This document shows, piece after piece, positions 1 to 11,821 of a stretch of 64,000 nt of DNA. How positions within the stretch are numbered: the stretch's first letter is position 1; every line of letters begins with the position of its first letter. Origin of the DNA: Fonticula alba ATCC 38817 (lineage: Eukaryota > Protista > Nucleariida). The notes below the pieces were generated by a model. The model worked only from the letters and a program-made list of their open reading frames with translations, did no database searches and was not told the DNA's origin. The stretch is from the NCBI GenBank assembly GCA_000388065.2, contig KB932201.1. One strand, given 5' to 3'. The translations under genes were made by a program, and so were the position numbers.

Positions 1-69
1 GGGGGGGGGGGGGGGGGGGGGGGGAAGTGTGTTGGCAGACGGCGCCGGAGGAGGAAGCAGGGGACGCAC

Positions 70-3000
70 GTTTTCAGGCACTCGCGCCGAATGGCGGTTC
101 AGTAGCTCCAGGAACCACAGGTACGTCTCGTCTAGCCAGTCGCCCAGATCGGCCGGGGTGACCAGCCTTCCGGCGCCGGCGGCCGGACCCGCCGCAGGAG
201 ACGACCCAGGCCCCAGACGCTGAAGATGCTGGTGGACCAGAGACACCAGGCCCCGGCCGGCGGCCAGCGTGGCGCCGACGACGGCCGCACGCCAGTGCCT
301 CGAGGCCAGGCCCGGCACGGCGGGGCCCGTGCCACCGGGGCCCGAAGCGCCGGGCGAGGCCACGGTCGAGGCGCCAGCCGGCAGGCCATGGTCCCCGAGC
401 AGGGCCACATGCATGGAGGCCACCATGGCCGCCAGGGCGGACTCAACGTGCGCCACAAAGGTACCCAGGTTGGCAGGCTTCACGGCGCTCGCCGTGCCGC
501 CCTCGAGGCCGCCCTCGGTCGCGGTCAGGCCCAGGACAAAGGCAGCCAATGTGGCCCGAGTGAAGCCCTGCCAGGCAGCCTGCCGGGCCCGGGCCGATGC
601 CGCTTGCCAATTGGCGTGAATGTGCGCAAGGTGGGGATTGGCCCGGCCACCGGTCGGGGACATCCCCAGTCGAGCCAGTCCGTCAATCAGGTCCCCCGAA
701 GGGGAGCCATTCGCGGACAGGGGCTCGGAGCCGGGTCGACCGGACCCGGGCCCAGGGGGCTGGCCCGAGGCGAGGCTGGCCCGCAGAGCGGCCGGCATGG
801 CCGGCTGCGGGGCCGCCAGCGCCAAAAAGGGCACCCACGCCGAGAGCTCCTTCAGGCTGAGTTCGGCCCCCGGCAGAGGGGCGGCCGTGCCGTCGGCTCC
901 CGGGCCCGGGTCCGAGAGGGCACTCGGGGCCGCGGCAAGCCAGGCCTCCAGGTCGGGCGTTTGGCCAAGATCCCCCAGCTCCGAGCGTAGGGCTACCGTG
1001 GCGCGAGTGGCATCCACCGTGGCCCGGCGAAGGAGCAGGTGGAGTGACAGGTGGATGGCGTCGGCCAATTGGCCGCGGGCCTTCTGCGCGAGCAGGAACC
1101 ACCGGGCATGCTGCATCGACAGGGGGAACGGGCAGGGCAGGCACGCCGAGCCCAGGTGTCAGTCGGCTTGCTGGCAGGAGAGTCGAAAGACGAGCAGCAG
1201 GGGAGAGGGTCTCGGAAGCTCGGCCCCAACGGAGCGAGGGGGAGAAGGAGGAGGAGAGGGGGGGGGGGATCACACGTACACCGGCTGCCGCCAGAGTGTC
1301 AAACATTGGCCGATCAATGCTGCCGGAATAGAGCGGCGTGAAGGCCCGGCCCACGGGCGAGGTGAAGCACTGGGATGACCGGAACATCTGGACCAGCGCC
1401 TCGTCGCAGGGGGAGCGGGCATGGCCCGGCGTCATGAGGGGCAAGTCGCTTCCGGCCGAGCAGTGCGCCTGCCACCAGACGGCCGCCGGTCGAGGGATGA
1501 GATCGACCGCATGCATGCCGGCGGGAACCAACGGGGCCAGCTGCATCAGCAAGGGTGCTGACGGATCGGCAATGCCCCGGCCAATGCTGGCTGGCGGGGG
1601 CCCCTCGTCGGGCGCACCACCAGTCAGGAGGAGGAACGCCGCATGCGAAGCGTCCAGCCGACTGAGGCAGGCCAGCAGGGCGGTGTCGACCTCCTACAAG
1701 GACCGGGGCACAAGATGGACCGGGGGCAAACGGCGGGGGAGGGGGGGGGGGGCATGTGAGAATGGGAGGGGCAAACGGAAGACCCATGGAGGCGGGGGCG
1801 GAGGCGCCAACGGGCACACGCACGGCACGGAAGGCCGGGAAGATGGGCGGCGTGATGGCCGGGTGGCCTCGGCGGAAGTAGATCAGCACCCGGGCGAGGA
1901 GGATGTGCGATTGCTTGTGGGCATAGTCACGCGCCACAGGGCCATGCGTGCGCCGAAGTGACTCGACTTCCGAGAGGGGCGAAAGGGTCGGATGTCAGTG
2001 AGCCGAGGCGTGGAAAGCCCGGTTGAGGCATGGTCAGCAGCAAAACGGGTAGATGGGCCATTCGCGCGGGGACCTGCTCCCCTCGCCTGGCCTTGCTTCT
2101 TCGCTGGTTGTCTGGACGCACGCAATTCGGCCATGTCCGAAAAGCCGTTGCCACTTTGAAGTGTCGAGCTGGATGTCAGGTCGGTGGGAGCACCGGCGGG
2201 ATCTTCGCGCGACACGGCCGAGCTCGGGAGGAGGCCGCCGAGGGCGAAAATGCGGACCAGGTCGCGCGGGTCCAAACAGCCTGGCACACCCGGACAGGGG
2301 GGGGGGGGAAGAGAAGGAGAGTGTGAGTGAAAGGAAAGCAGGCAGGGGTGTCAGGGCATCGTGTCATCCGAAGGGCAACCAATGCTGGCATCCGGCCAGG
2401 GCAGAGGCAAACGCACCCTTGGTGAACCAGGAGAAGCAGTAGGACAGACAAAGCTGAAGATCCGAGACAAGGCGCGCATCAACGCCAACCTCTTCGGCGG
2501 AGGCCCGGCTTGCAGAGGCAAAGGGGCCGAAGGTGTCGGCTGCGTCGCCCTCGGCCGAGGGGCCTTCCAGCTGGCTGCCGCCCGAATCGCGCCCCTGGCA
2601 CAGAGCCATGGCTCCGAGGCAAATGTAGCCCGCCTTGAGGCGGATAAAGCGCACCATGGCCTACGCCGAGACAGGGAGGCCCAGACCGACAGACGACACA
2701 TGCAAGAGGGGGGGGGGGGAAGGCGCGCGAGGGAGCAGGCAGTCAGGGCAACAGCCGCGCGAAGAGGAAGAGAAGGAGGAGCAGGAGGAGGCACACCAGG
2801 GCCCCCCACGCACCAGCGCCTCATCGCGGGCATTCATGCCGATCATCGAGGTGGTGATGGAGGCCGAGCTGCCGAGGAACCGGCCATCATGTTGGAATCC
2901 GGAGCCCGGGGCGCCGCTGGCGCGGACTGCCAGCTCGCGAATGACAAATCGATGGGCCAAGGACACCGCATCACTGGTGGTGGCCAGCACTTCGGCGACG

Positions 3001-5769
3001 CTTGGCAATGCGCCCGCGGCAGGGCCCCTGATGACGGTGGCAATATGCCGAGCAGCCTGCCGCAACAGGCCATTGGCAATTTGCAGGGGACTGGTCACCG
3101 GGGCAATGGAAAACAAGCCCCACTGCGTCAGAAGGAACGGGTCATCCAGGGGCCGACTCACCGAGCCCGAGGAGGTCAAGGCCAGACGGTATGCAGTTCC
3201 CGGGTAGTGAATGGTCACCAGGGCCCCGGCCGAAAGGGCGCTCCCACCGGGGGCGTTGGCCGGCCCCGGGGCTTGGGGAGCCAACGACGTGCGCAAATTC
3301 AATGCCTGGAGCTCCTCCTCCATGTTTGGATCCAGGCTTTGCGTGGCCCAGGAAGTCTCCCCGGTTCCGGAGGATAGATCCTGCGGCGAAATGGAGGCCA
3401 CGGTTTCAATCCGGTCGCGCCAGATGGTGGACACCGAACTAAAGGGGGCACCATGCAGAATGAGACTGTCCACCGCCAGCGGAGAAAGCCCACTGCTGGC
3501 GGAGGCCAGACTGAAGAAAACCGTCGTCCGACTGGGCGAAATCGACGACGTGGCATGGAGAGTGTGTGCAAGCAGCTCTGAGCCCGGCAAGGATGCCATC
3601 CACGGCGTGGGGAAGAGGGGGATCGGCGTCAGAAAAGCCGGCGGAGGGTCATGTGCGGCCGGAGCTCGCGGGTGCAAATGCAAATGCGCTCGTGTGTGCA
3701 TGTGTGTGTGTGTGTGTCGGTGTGGCATTTATGCTCGCACTATTGCCTGAGAAGGCCAGCAGGGAGAACTCCCCGGGATCGGTGGCCACCGGAATACCAG
3801 CATTCTCCGGGGTCGGGATCACCAGCATTTCGGTCTCGGTCGCCGGGATGTGCCGGACGACCGGCACAAACCCCGGCGCCACACTGGGCGAGGGTCTTGC
3901 ATGGATGAAGAAGCGAAAGGGCATGGGGCACAGGTGTGTGCGTATGGGTGTGTGTGTGTAAGATGAGGAAAGGGGCCTTTTGCATCCACAACAGGAGAGG
4001 GGGAGGAGGAGGGGGGGGGGGGGACAGCATCAGCCAGCACGCACGAACTGGGGAAGAGCTCCTGTACGATGCCAGTTGAAAGGGGAGCATTGCCGGGGCC
4101 GACGCCAAGCTTGTAACTGACTGTGGAGAAGCCGCTGGCATGCGACACACAGACCACCAGCTGCGGATAGGAGGACTGCTTGGCGATGTGCGGCGGGGAC
4201 ACCGCCAGGGACAATGGCACAAAGGGAAGGGCGGTTTCCTGCGGGAAGAAAAGCGGGACAAGGGATGTCAAGGAGGGGAGAATCCACGAGAGGGGGCGGG
4301 AGGGGCGGAGCAGAGACATGGGAAAAGGTCAGCACACCCAGCAAGGAAGTTCACAGGTAGGAGCAGCTGGCACACCGGGGGAGCGAGTACGCACGGCAAC
4401 GATCCGGAATTGGACAGTGTCCTCGGCGATATCCGACCCGCTGGCAGCCGGGTCGGAAATCAGCTGAAGCACCACCAGCCCGTACGGGTGGCCGATGGCA
4501 ATCCACGACGAGGTGCCCGATTGAGCAACCGCCTGTCGAAGCTGGGAGCTGACACCAGAGGCTGGCTGATTGATGGCCGCCACGAAGGAATACCCCGAGT
4601 AGAAGTCCGTGGTAACCGACGTGGCACAGGTCACCCCACGCAGGCAGCTGGCCAAATGCCGCGGATCCACCGTCGGGTCGACGGCCGTCGACTTGAGCTT
4701 CGCCTTAAGCGAGGTGGACACAGGCTGGCCGTAGGGCATCAGCTTGGGGGGCGTCAAGTGCGGCAGGGTATGGAAGGAAAGCGTGGACTCTGGAAAGGCC
4801 CGGCCCGCGTCCACCCGACAGAATGCCACATCGGATCACATCACGCACAGGAGGGGAGGCCGAGGAGGACGAGAGGATGCGGGGGAGTCAGAAAAAAAGC
4901 GGGAGGAGGGGGAGGGGAGAGGAACAAAACGGCAGAGGGAGGAGGGAAAGGGGGGAGGGGGACCGGAGCATGGACGCACCGCAGAGGGATGCGAAGGTTT
5001 TGGCCGAGATCATGGCCATCCAGCTGACGGCCTTGGTCTGTCCGGGCGGCACAGGGTCGGCGCCCAGCTTGGCCGAAGCACCAGACGAGGCAGCACCCGC
5101 GGCACCGGCAATCGCGGCCGGCTTGGCAAAGGGTGGCGCCAGGGTGCGCGAAATGAAGGGCTGGATGATGTTGGCCGGCTGGGCCTTCAAGCCGGCAGCC
5201 GACTGCTTCACAGCCTTCAGGGAGAAGGTGGACTGTGGTCCCCGCAAGGGGCGCGAGAGGTGAGTGCCGAGCGAGAGAGCGAGGCAGAGGGCGCAACAGC
5301 GAAAGTCTCACACATGCAAGCAAAGAATCGGGACGCACCTTCTTGCCGCCGGTGCCGAGTTGCTCCTCCTTGGTGTAGTAGAGCAGGTTCCCGGCCACGG
5401 TACCAAGGATGACATGATTGTCTGTCATCGAAAAGATTGGCAAATGGGGAAGGCGCAGCCGAGGGGACCATGGAGGAGGGTAAGGAGCAGGTGGCCGGGA
5501 GGGGCGAGCGGTACATTCACACGCCCGATGGGAGCGGCGTCGTACCATTGACACAGACACTGGAGAAGTGCGTGCTGGGAGACTGCGACGAGGCACTGGA
5601 TGACGGGGTGTGTGCCACAAACACCGGGCGCAATTGGAAGGGGGACACCGGTTCGGCCTCACTGCCACCAGGACCCCCGATGCCGCTGGCCGCCACTCGG
5701 GCGGCCGACGCCTCTCCCTCGTCGGAGGAAGGCTTCCGCGGGGAGAGCACAGACCGCCCGGCACTCATG
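70..5769 (-). CDS. Vps39/TGFBRAP1(Vps3)-family HOPS/CORVET subunit; multi-exon; continues past position 1 (3' partial)
   Basis: Spliced translation starts MSAGRSV at 5769 and gives PFQLRPVF...DNHVILGTVAGNLLYYTKEE, resembling the CNH beta-propeller start of Vps39 (AFEPVPIL..WLLVGTKQGHLLLY). Later exons give MVRFIRLKAGYICL and CLDPRDLVRIFALGGLLPSS (cf. TGFBRAP1 QLDVRELISLYPFLLPTSS) and EVDTALLACL (cf. Vps39 IDTTLLKCY). The introns checked are canonical GT-AG and in phase. The last visible donor GTGCGT is at 69-64. Family recognised by eye; paralogue not resolved. Confidence 0.6.
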
Positions 5770-6024
5770 TGCGTCGTGCTATCGGGGAGGAGGACAGACG
5801 GGAGCAAGAGGTGTGGGAGGGGGGGAGGGGGGGGGGGAAAACGGTCCGGAGGGAGGGGGAGGGAGAGGGGGATGCACGGCACAAAGGGAAACGAGGAGGA
5901 TGGAGAAGGATACCACATTCGGCAAGGGCTGGACACACCGAGACAGGGCGCCTGAAAAAAGGCCTGACACCTGGGCCAGGGCTGTGCGCCGCCGGCCCAA
6001 TGAGAGCAAGAATCTAGCGACGGT

Positions 6025-6046
6025 GCGCGCGCGCGCGCGCGCGCGC
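6025..6046. repeat. (GC)11 alternating dinucleotide, self-complementary, upstream of the Vps39-like gene
   Basis: Read directly: gcgcgcgcgcgcgcgcgcgcgc. Confidence 0.95.
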
Positions 6047-6291
6047 CTGCGCAGGGCCGCAGAGTCCCGATTGGAGTGTTCAGCGCACGAAACACCGTTG
6101 GCCGTTGTTGTTTTTATTTTTCATTTTCTGGCTTGGAACGCTCCCTCGGCCGGGAGAAGCGCAGGGGCGAAAGCCCATCCCGCTGGCCCTCAAGCTGGCG
6201 TCCATTTTTCCCTCGGACCGGGGATTTCAATCTGTCTCCGCGGCCAACCCATCCCAAACTCGGGCACGTGATGTCGATTCACGAGCCGCAT

Positions 6292-6303
6292 GATTGGCCA
6301 ATC
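6292..6303. promoter_or_regulatory. Perfect 12-bp palindrome GATTGGCCAATC made of two inverted CCAAT boxes
   Basis: The sequence is its own reverse complement and lies about 520 bp upstream of the Vps39-like ATG. Further CCAAT/ATTGG elements occur at about 5997 and 6070. A regulatory role is inferred. Confidence 0.35.
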
Positions 6304-6644
6304 GGGCCCTCTTAGTATTGGACTCCGGAGAGGCGGGGGCCGCCCATCGCGCGGCGCGGGCGGAGTGCCAGTGTTCCCCGGTCCGCGCCGACGAGCATGC
6401 GATGTGCTGGCACACTATGACATTTCCCCTCGCCCTCCCCCTCCTTCAAGGAGAAGGACCTTGTGTGGTGGTCGCTCTTGGAGAGGCAGTGTGTGTGTGT
6501 GTGTGCGCGCGCGCGCACAAGCGTGCAAAAAAGGGCGGGAGACAGAGAGAGAGAGACATTTTATGGGCCACCTTCAGGCGGGGAGGAGGGGGAGAAAAAA
6601 AGCGCGGGGGGAAGTATGTTCCTGACGCGGCACACCGACAAGCT

Positions 6645-7854
6645 TCACACGGAGGATTGGCCCGTTGCTGTGGACACCGCGGCCAGCGGCGGCAGCAAGG
6701 ACAGATCCACCGCGGTGCTGACGCTCATCGAATGATGAAGATCCAGGAAGGAGGTGATCTCCCGGTCGAGGGGGCTGTGAGAGGAGGCGGCCGGCGCCGA
6801 GCGGCCCGGGGCCGAGAACGGGCACCGCAGCAGCCCACGCAGGGTGAATTGGTGGGGGGCCGCTTCGGACTCATTGCCGGGAGTGCTGCTGGACCCAGCC
6901 GAAGTCACTGCAAGCGAGCCGGCGGTCACGCCAGGCGGATTGACCGGGAAGGCTGTCCCGCGCTGGAGGGCCGGCTGACGCAGGGGGAAGGAAGGTGCCG
7001 GCTGCTGGAGAACCGACAGGAGGAGCTGCTGCGCGGCCGAGGTCAGCGAGGACCGGGTCTCGCGGGACAGCCCGGCCAGGCCCGAGAGGGCCGACTCGGT
7101 CAAGCTGTCCCCGACACCGTGCTGCGTCAGGTGCGAGGGGAGCTTCTGGGCCTGGTTGCCTATGGCAGAGGGAAGAGTGTCGACACGTCGATCCGGGGGG
7201 AGGGAGGAGGGAGGGGGGGGGACACGGGGAAATGGTGAGCGGCTCCATGGGCATGCTCTCGATGAGGGAGCAGGCCCGACGCATGAGGAAGAGCGAGAGG
7301 CCCGGCCAGCAAGTGGGGGCGGAAAAGAGACAGAAAGCCAAACGCACCCTTGCGGGACTGAAGGAACATCTCGCGGTGCTCCTCAAGCAGACGCTCAATT
7401 TCGGCGCGCTTCTGGTCGATCGCCGCCAGCAGCCGCTCGGGCGGAGTGCCCGGGGTGAAATTCTGCCCGACGAATGAGACAAACTCCGACAGGATGTTCC
7501 CCGGCGGCGAGGTGTTGGTCAGCTGCGCATGGCTGAAGACGGTGTGGAAGTTCTCCAACTTGCGGATCTCATCCTGCAGGTTGCGCTGCTTCGGCCGACG
7601 GAGCTGGGCCTTGCGCTCGAGAATGCGCTGAAGCTCGTCATCTGGGATCTTGGACGTGCGGATTTCGGCCATGTCATCCGCCTTGCGCCGGAGGAGGGCT
7701 GGCGCCGGGAGGCTGGCCCCCTCATCATGGAGCCAGCTACATACATGAGGAGAGGCATGGTCAGAAGTGAGGGGCAGGAGGGGAGGAGGTGACGGTTGCA
7801 AAGGACAAAAAAGGGGCAGAAGGTCACACAGAAGGATGGGTTGTATGCAAGTAA

Positions 7855-7894
<40 letters not shown>

Positions 7895-10083
7895 GAGAGA
7901 GAGAACGAGAGAGCGAGAGAGCGAGAGAGCGAGAGAGCGAGAGAGAGAAAGAGAGAAAGAGAGAAAGAGAGCGAGAGAGCGAGAGAGAGAAAGAGAGAAA
8001 GAGAGCGAGAGAGCGAGAGAGAGAAAGAGAGCGAGAGAGTGAGAGAGAGAGAGAAAGAGAGAAAGAGAGAAAGAGAGCGAGAGAGAGAGAGAGAGAAAGA
8101 GAGAAAGAGAGAAAGAGAGAAAGAGAGAGACAGAGGGAGAGAGAGGGAGAGGGAGAAGGAGAGGGAGAGGGAGAGGGAGAGGGAGAGAGGCAACGTACGC
8201 ATTGAACTCCCCCTCCTCAATGCGGGAGTTACTGATGTAATCAAAGCGGATGACCTGCTGAGAGTGGCGAGAGTCAGCCCCGGGAAGGCGCGAGCCCGCC
8301 CGGCCACCGGCCACAATCAGAGCCATGTGCACCAGTGACCCGTCCACCGAGTAGGGCGAGTCCGAGCAGTCCTGGGCCCCCACAATTCGACTGATCTCGT
8401 AAGCCACCTTGATGGGGCCCGCATTGCTGGCGCCACGCGAGGCCCCCCCGGGCGGAAGCTGGACGCTCACGCGAATGAGGCCCCCCTGCACCAGGGATGG
8501 GAAGTCATCACGGAAGCACCACTCCGTCAGCTCATTACGGCGGACCTGCAGCCGGTGCACGGTCGCCAAGTCCAGGGGCTGCTGCTCGGCGCTGACGGCC
8601 GACCCCCCACCGGACCCGGTCTCGCGGTCGGAGTCGTCATCCCGGTAGTCGGACTCCATGCTGTCGCTGAAGTCACTGACATGGTTGTAGTCGTGCTCAT
8701 CGTCGGAGAAGCCATGATGCGAGGTGCGCCCGGAAGACCGATGGCCGTGGTGATCGTCGGCCGCCTGGGGCCGAGCCCGGCCCCGGCGCCCGGTCGACAG
8801 AAGCATATCCTCGGACTCGCCGGCGCCAAGGGTCTCGCTATCCGACAGGGGATCATGGTCATCGGCCCCGCAAGAGCGGCTGGAGCCGGCACCACGCGAC
8901 CGCGAGCCGGAGTCCTCGTATCGACGCTCCCGGTCATCATACCGGTCGTCATAGCGATCGCGCTCGCGCTCGCGCTCGCGCTCGCGCTCCCGATCCCGAC
9001 GCTCATGGTCATCGTACCGGTCACGGTCGCGGCGGTCGCGCTCGCGGTCCCGGCGATCGTGATCGTCATAGCGATCGCGCTCGCGCTCGCGCTCACGGTC
9101 CCGGCGATCCCGGTCATCATATCGGTCATCATATCGGTCATGGTCCCGGTCATCATACCGGTCATCGTATCGGTCATCATAGCGATCACGGTCACCGCGA
9201 CCGCGGTCCCGATCCCGGTCCCGGCCCGAGGCATGGTACCGGTGATCGTCAAGGTCCCCGTCATCTGGGTAGCGGCCTTCATCGGGGCCGGATTCGTCAT
9301 ACCGGTCCCGGCCGCTGCCGCGGCTGCTACTGCCGCGCTCGCGGTCGCGGCTCCCATCATACCGGTCGTACTCCGACATCGAGGAAGAGGAGGAGGTGGA
9401 CCCCCGGTCGCGACGGTCGCCGCGGTCGCGCTCCACCGAGTCCCCACGGTCGCCATACCGGGAGGAGGACGACCGGGAGGCATGCGGCGAGGGCGAGCGC
9501 TCCGGCGAGACGCCCTTCTGCTTGGACCGGCTGGAGCGGCTCTGGCGCGAAGTATTCTGAGCAATGGCGTCCGCCAGAATCTTTTGCTGCTGCAGGCGCT
9601 TCTGGATTTGCAGGCTGTTCCAAAGAAGGTAGCCCAGGTCAGGAGAAGGCATTGAGGGGAAGCGGAANNNNNNNNNNNNNNNNNNNNNNNNNNNNNNNNN
9701 NNNNNNNNNNNNNNNNNNNNNNNNNNNNNNNNNNNNNNNNNNNNNNNNNNNNNNNNNNNNNNNNNNNNNNNNNNNNNNNNNNNNNNNNNNNNNNNNNNNN
9801 NNNNNNNNNNNNNNNNNNNNNNNNNNNNNNNNNNNNNNNNNNNNNNNNNNNNNNNNNNNNNNNNNNNNNNNNNNNNNNNNNNNNNNNNNNNNNNNNNNNN
9901 NNNNNGGGAGAGAGAGAGAGAGAGAGCGCGCGCGAGCGAGTGGCAGAGAGCGAGGGAAAGAGAAGCGGGGCAGGGAGCAAAGTTGAGAACGCACTCAGCG
10001 GAGGGCGAGTTGGAACGCCGAGCGAGGCCGAGGAGGGCATTGTTGATCTCGTCGTCCTCGTCGGACATGTGGTGCGGTGGCAT
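6645..10083 (-). CDS. RTF1: RTF1-like Plus3-domain PAF1 complex protein; an N-gap interrupts the 5' region
   Basis: N-terminus MPPHHMSDEDDEINNALLGLA (cf. yeast MSDLDEDLLALA). Plus3 domain VHRLQVRRNELTEWCFRDDFPSLVQGGLIRVSV...YEISRIVG...VIRFDYISNSRIEEGEFNAW. Introns 8198-7737 and about 7334-7168 are GT-AG and in phase. Stop at 6645. Confidence 0.8.
7858..8190. repeat. Compound (CT)n/(CA)n microsatellite (sense strand of RTF1) filling an intron
   Basis: The plus strand reads (GT)n and then about 300 bp of GA/GAGC/GAAA repeats. Confidence 0.95.
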
Positions 10084-10634
10084 GGCGGCGCCGTCGGGAG
10101 GAGGAGAGAACAACCAGGGAGTAGGGGGGGAAAGGAGGGCGGGAGGAAGGGAGGCCGTCCCAAGCGGGGGAAAGGAGGAAGGAGGGGGGGAGGGAGGACG
10201 GGGCGGGGTGGATACTGGGCCCGGCCCGGGCATGTCCAGCCCACACTGGTGCACTTTGGGTAAAAAAACGATCGCCTCCGTTGGCAATTGGCTCTTGGCC
10301 GAGTCTCACGAACCCCGCCAAGGCATTTTGGCCCAAGCGTGGAGCCTTCGCGCGCGCACATGCCCGGATGCGGTGCTCGAGGGGGGGGGGGGGGGGGGGC
10401 ATATGGTACTGCCAAGGAATGAAGGGCTCGTTTGGAAGAAAGCCAGGGCGGGGGGCCCGCAGGGGGGCCGGGGCAGCCCACCTCTCCTCCTCCTCCTCCT
10501 TCCTCTCTGCTCCCCACCTCTCCCTTCCTCCCTCCCTCTCTCTCCCTCCCTCGCCACCTCCTTGCCACGCTGTCTCTGGTGCTGCCTGGTTTTCTCGGCC
10601 CCCTGTCTTGTGCTTCCGGCGTCCCGAAAGGAAC

Positions 10635-10844
10635 ATGTTCTCTCGGTGTTTCTCGCCAGCGCAATCTGGCAGATTAGTCAGTGCAATCGGTGTCCTCGGC
10701 CTCCGGCGACCAGTGTCAGCCCCAGCTCGTCCCGGGCCACGTTTCTTATCGACCTTTGCCGGCATCCCGCCGGAGGGTCGACCGGCACCCGCATTCTCGA
10801 TCCCACCTGCCGGACGCCGGTCATACGGCGCTCAGCCTCTCCCG
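10635..10844 (+). CDS. Candidate first exon of an unannotated gene; resembles a mitochondrial presequence
   Basis: 70 codons, MFSRCFSPAQSGRLVSAIGVLGLRRPVSAPARPGPRFLSTF...RRSYGAQPLP: Arg/Ser-rich with a single acidic residue, ending exactly at a phase-0 GTACGA donor (10845). Downstream exons could not be joined into a recognisable protein. Confidence 0.3.
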
Positions 10845-11789
10845 GTACGACTCAGATCTCGCACGTTTCCTCGCGATTTCCACACACACACACACACACA
10901 CATACAGAGAGAGAGAGAGAGAGGGATCGCACACCAAGCCCGGGATCTGGATCCCAAGATTGAGTGAGGGTGCCAGGGCAGGGCCGCGAGGCCGCGGGAC
11001 TGCAGGAGCAAGGAGAGGAGACGAGCAAGGATCATATGGAGTCCTGGACTGCGCACGCCTCGGACGGGAATGAGCCATCTCTCCTCCCTGCGGTGCCACC
11101 GAACTCCAGGGCCGGTTGGCCGCACTGCCACGATGGGTGTCCCGGAGCGATCGCTCGTCCTCCTCTCGCCACCAGGGGCACACCATCCAAGATCGGCATC
11201 CGCCGGACACGTCTCCATCGCGCCTTTCTCCCCCCCCTCCTCACGGAGGGCAAAAGGCCCCCTGCTGGGTCAATCCCAATCTCCCTCTGTGAGAGGCTTC
11301 CTGCCAGACCCTGCCGCTCCTCCCTGCCCGCTCTCCTACCTGATCCTCCCGCTCTCCGGGCAGGGACAGATCTTCCCTCATGCTCTCCTTGGTTCAGATC
11401 CCCTGTTATTCTCTCTCTCTCTCTCTCTCTCTCCCTCTCCCCCAGATGCACATCCAATTTGCCCTGCCGCGTGCCGCACCCCGCCCACGGTGTCCCCGGC
11501 CCCCCCCCCAGACACCGAGCCACCCCGCTCGGATCCACCCCGCCGCTGAACCACTGACCCGTTTATCACCTGACAGTCATGTGCGTTCCCAACTGATCTG
11601 GTCCTCCAGATTCTTCGCGCTGCCCTCCCATGTCAGCGTACCTGGCGTGTGTGTCTACGCGCGGCCACGAAGGGCGGTGGCACATCCCCCCGCCGCGCCC
11701 TCCCTTGGCGGCTCCCCGCACCCACGTGAACCCTTTCCTTTCTAAGAGTGCCTGTTTATTTCACAGCCCATGTGTCTGCGCGCAGGCGC

Positions 11790-11821
<32 letters not shown>

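Noticed and set aside
11577-11609. Possible 4-nt micro-exon followed by a 29-nt intron (GTGCGT...CCTCCAG)
   Set aside because: The intron would be far shorter than any other inferred here (about 85 nt or more), so it is likely chance.
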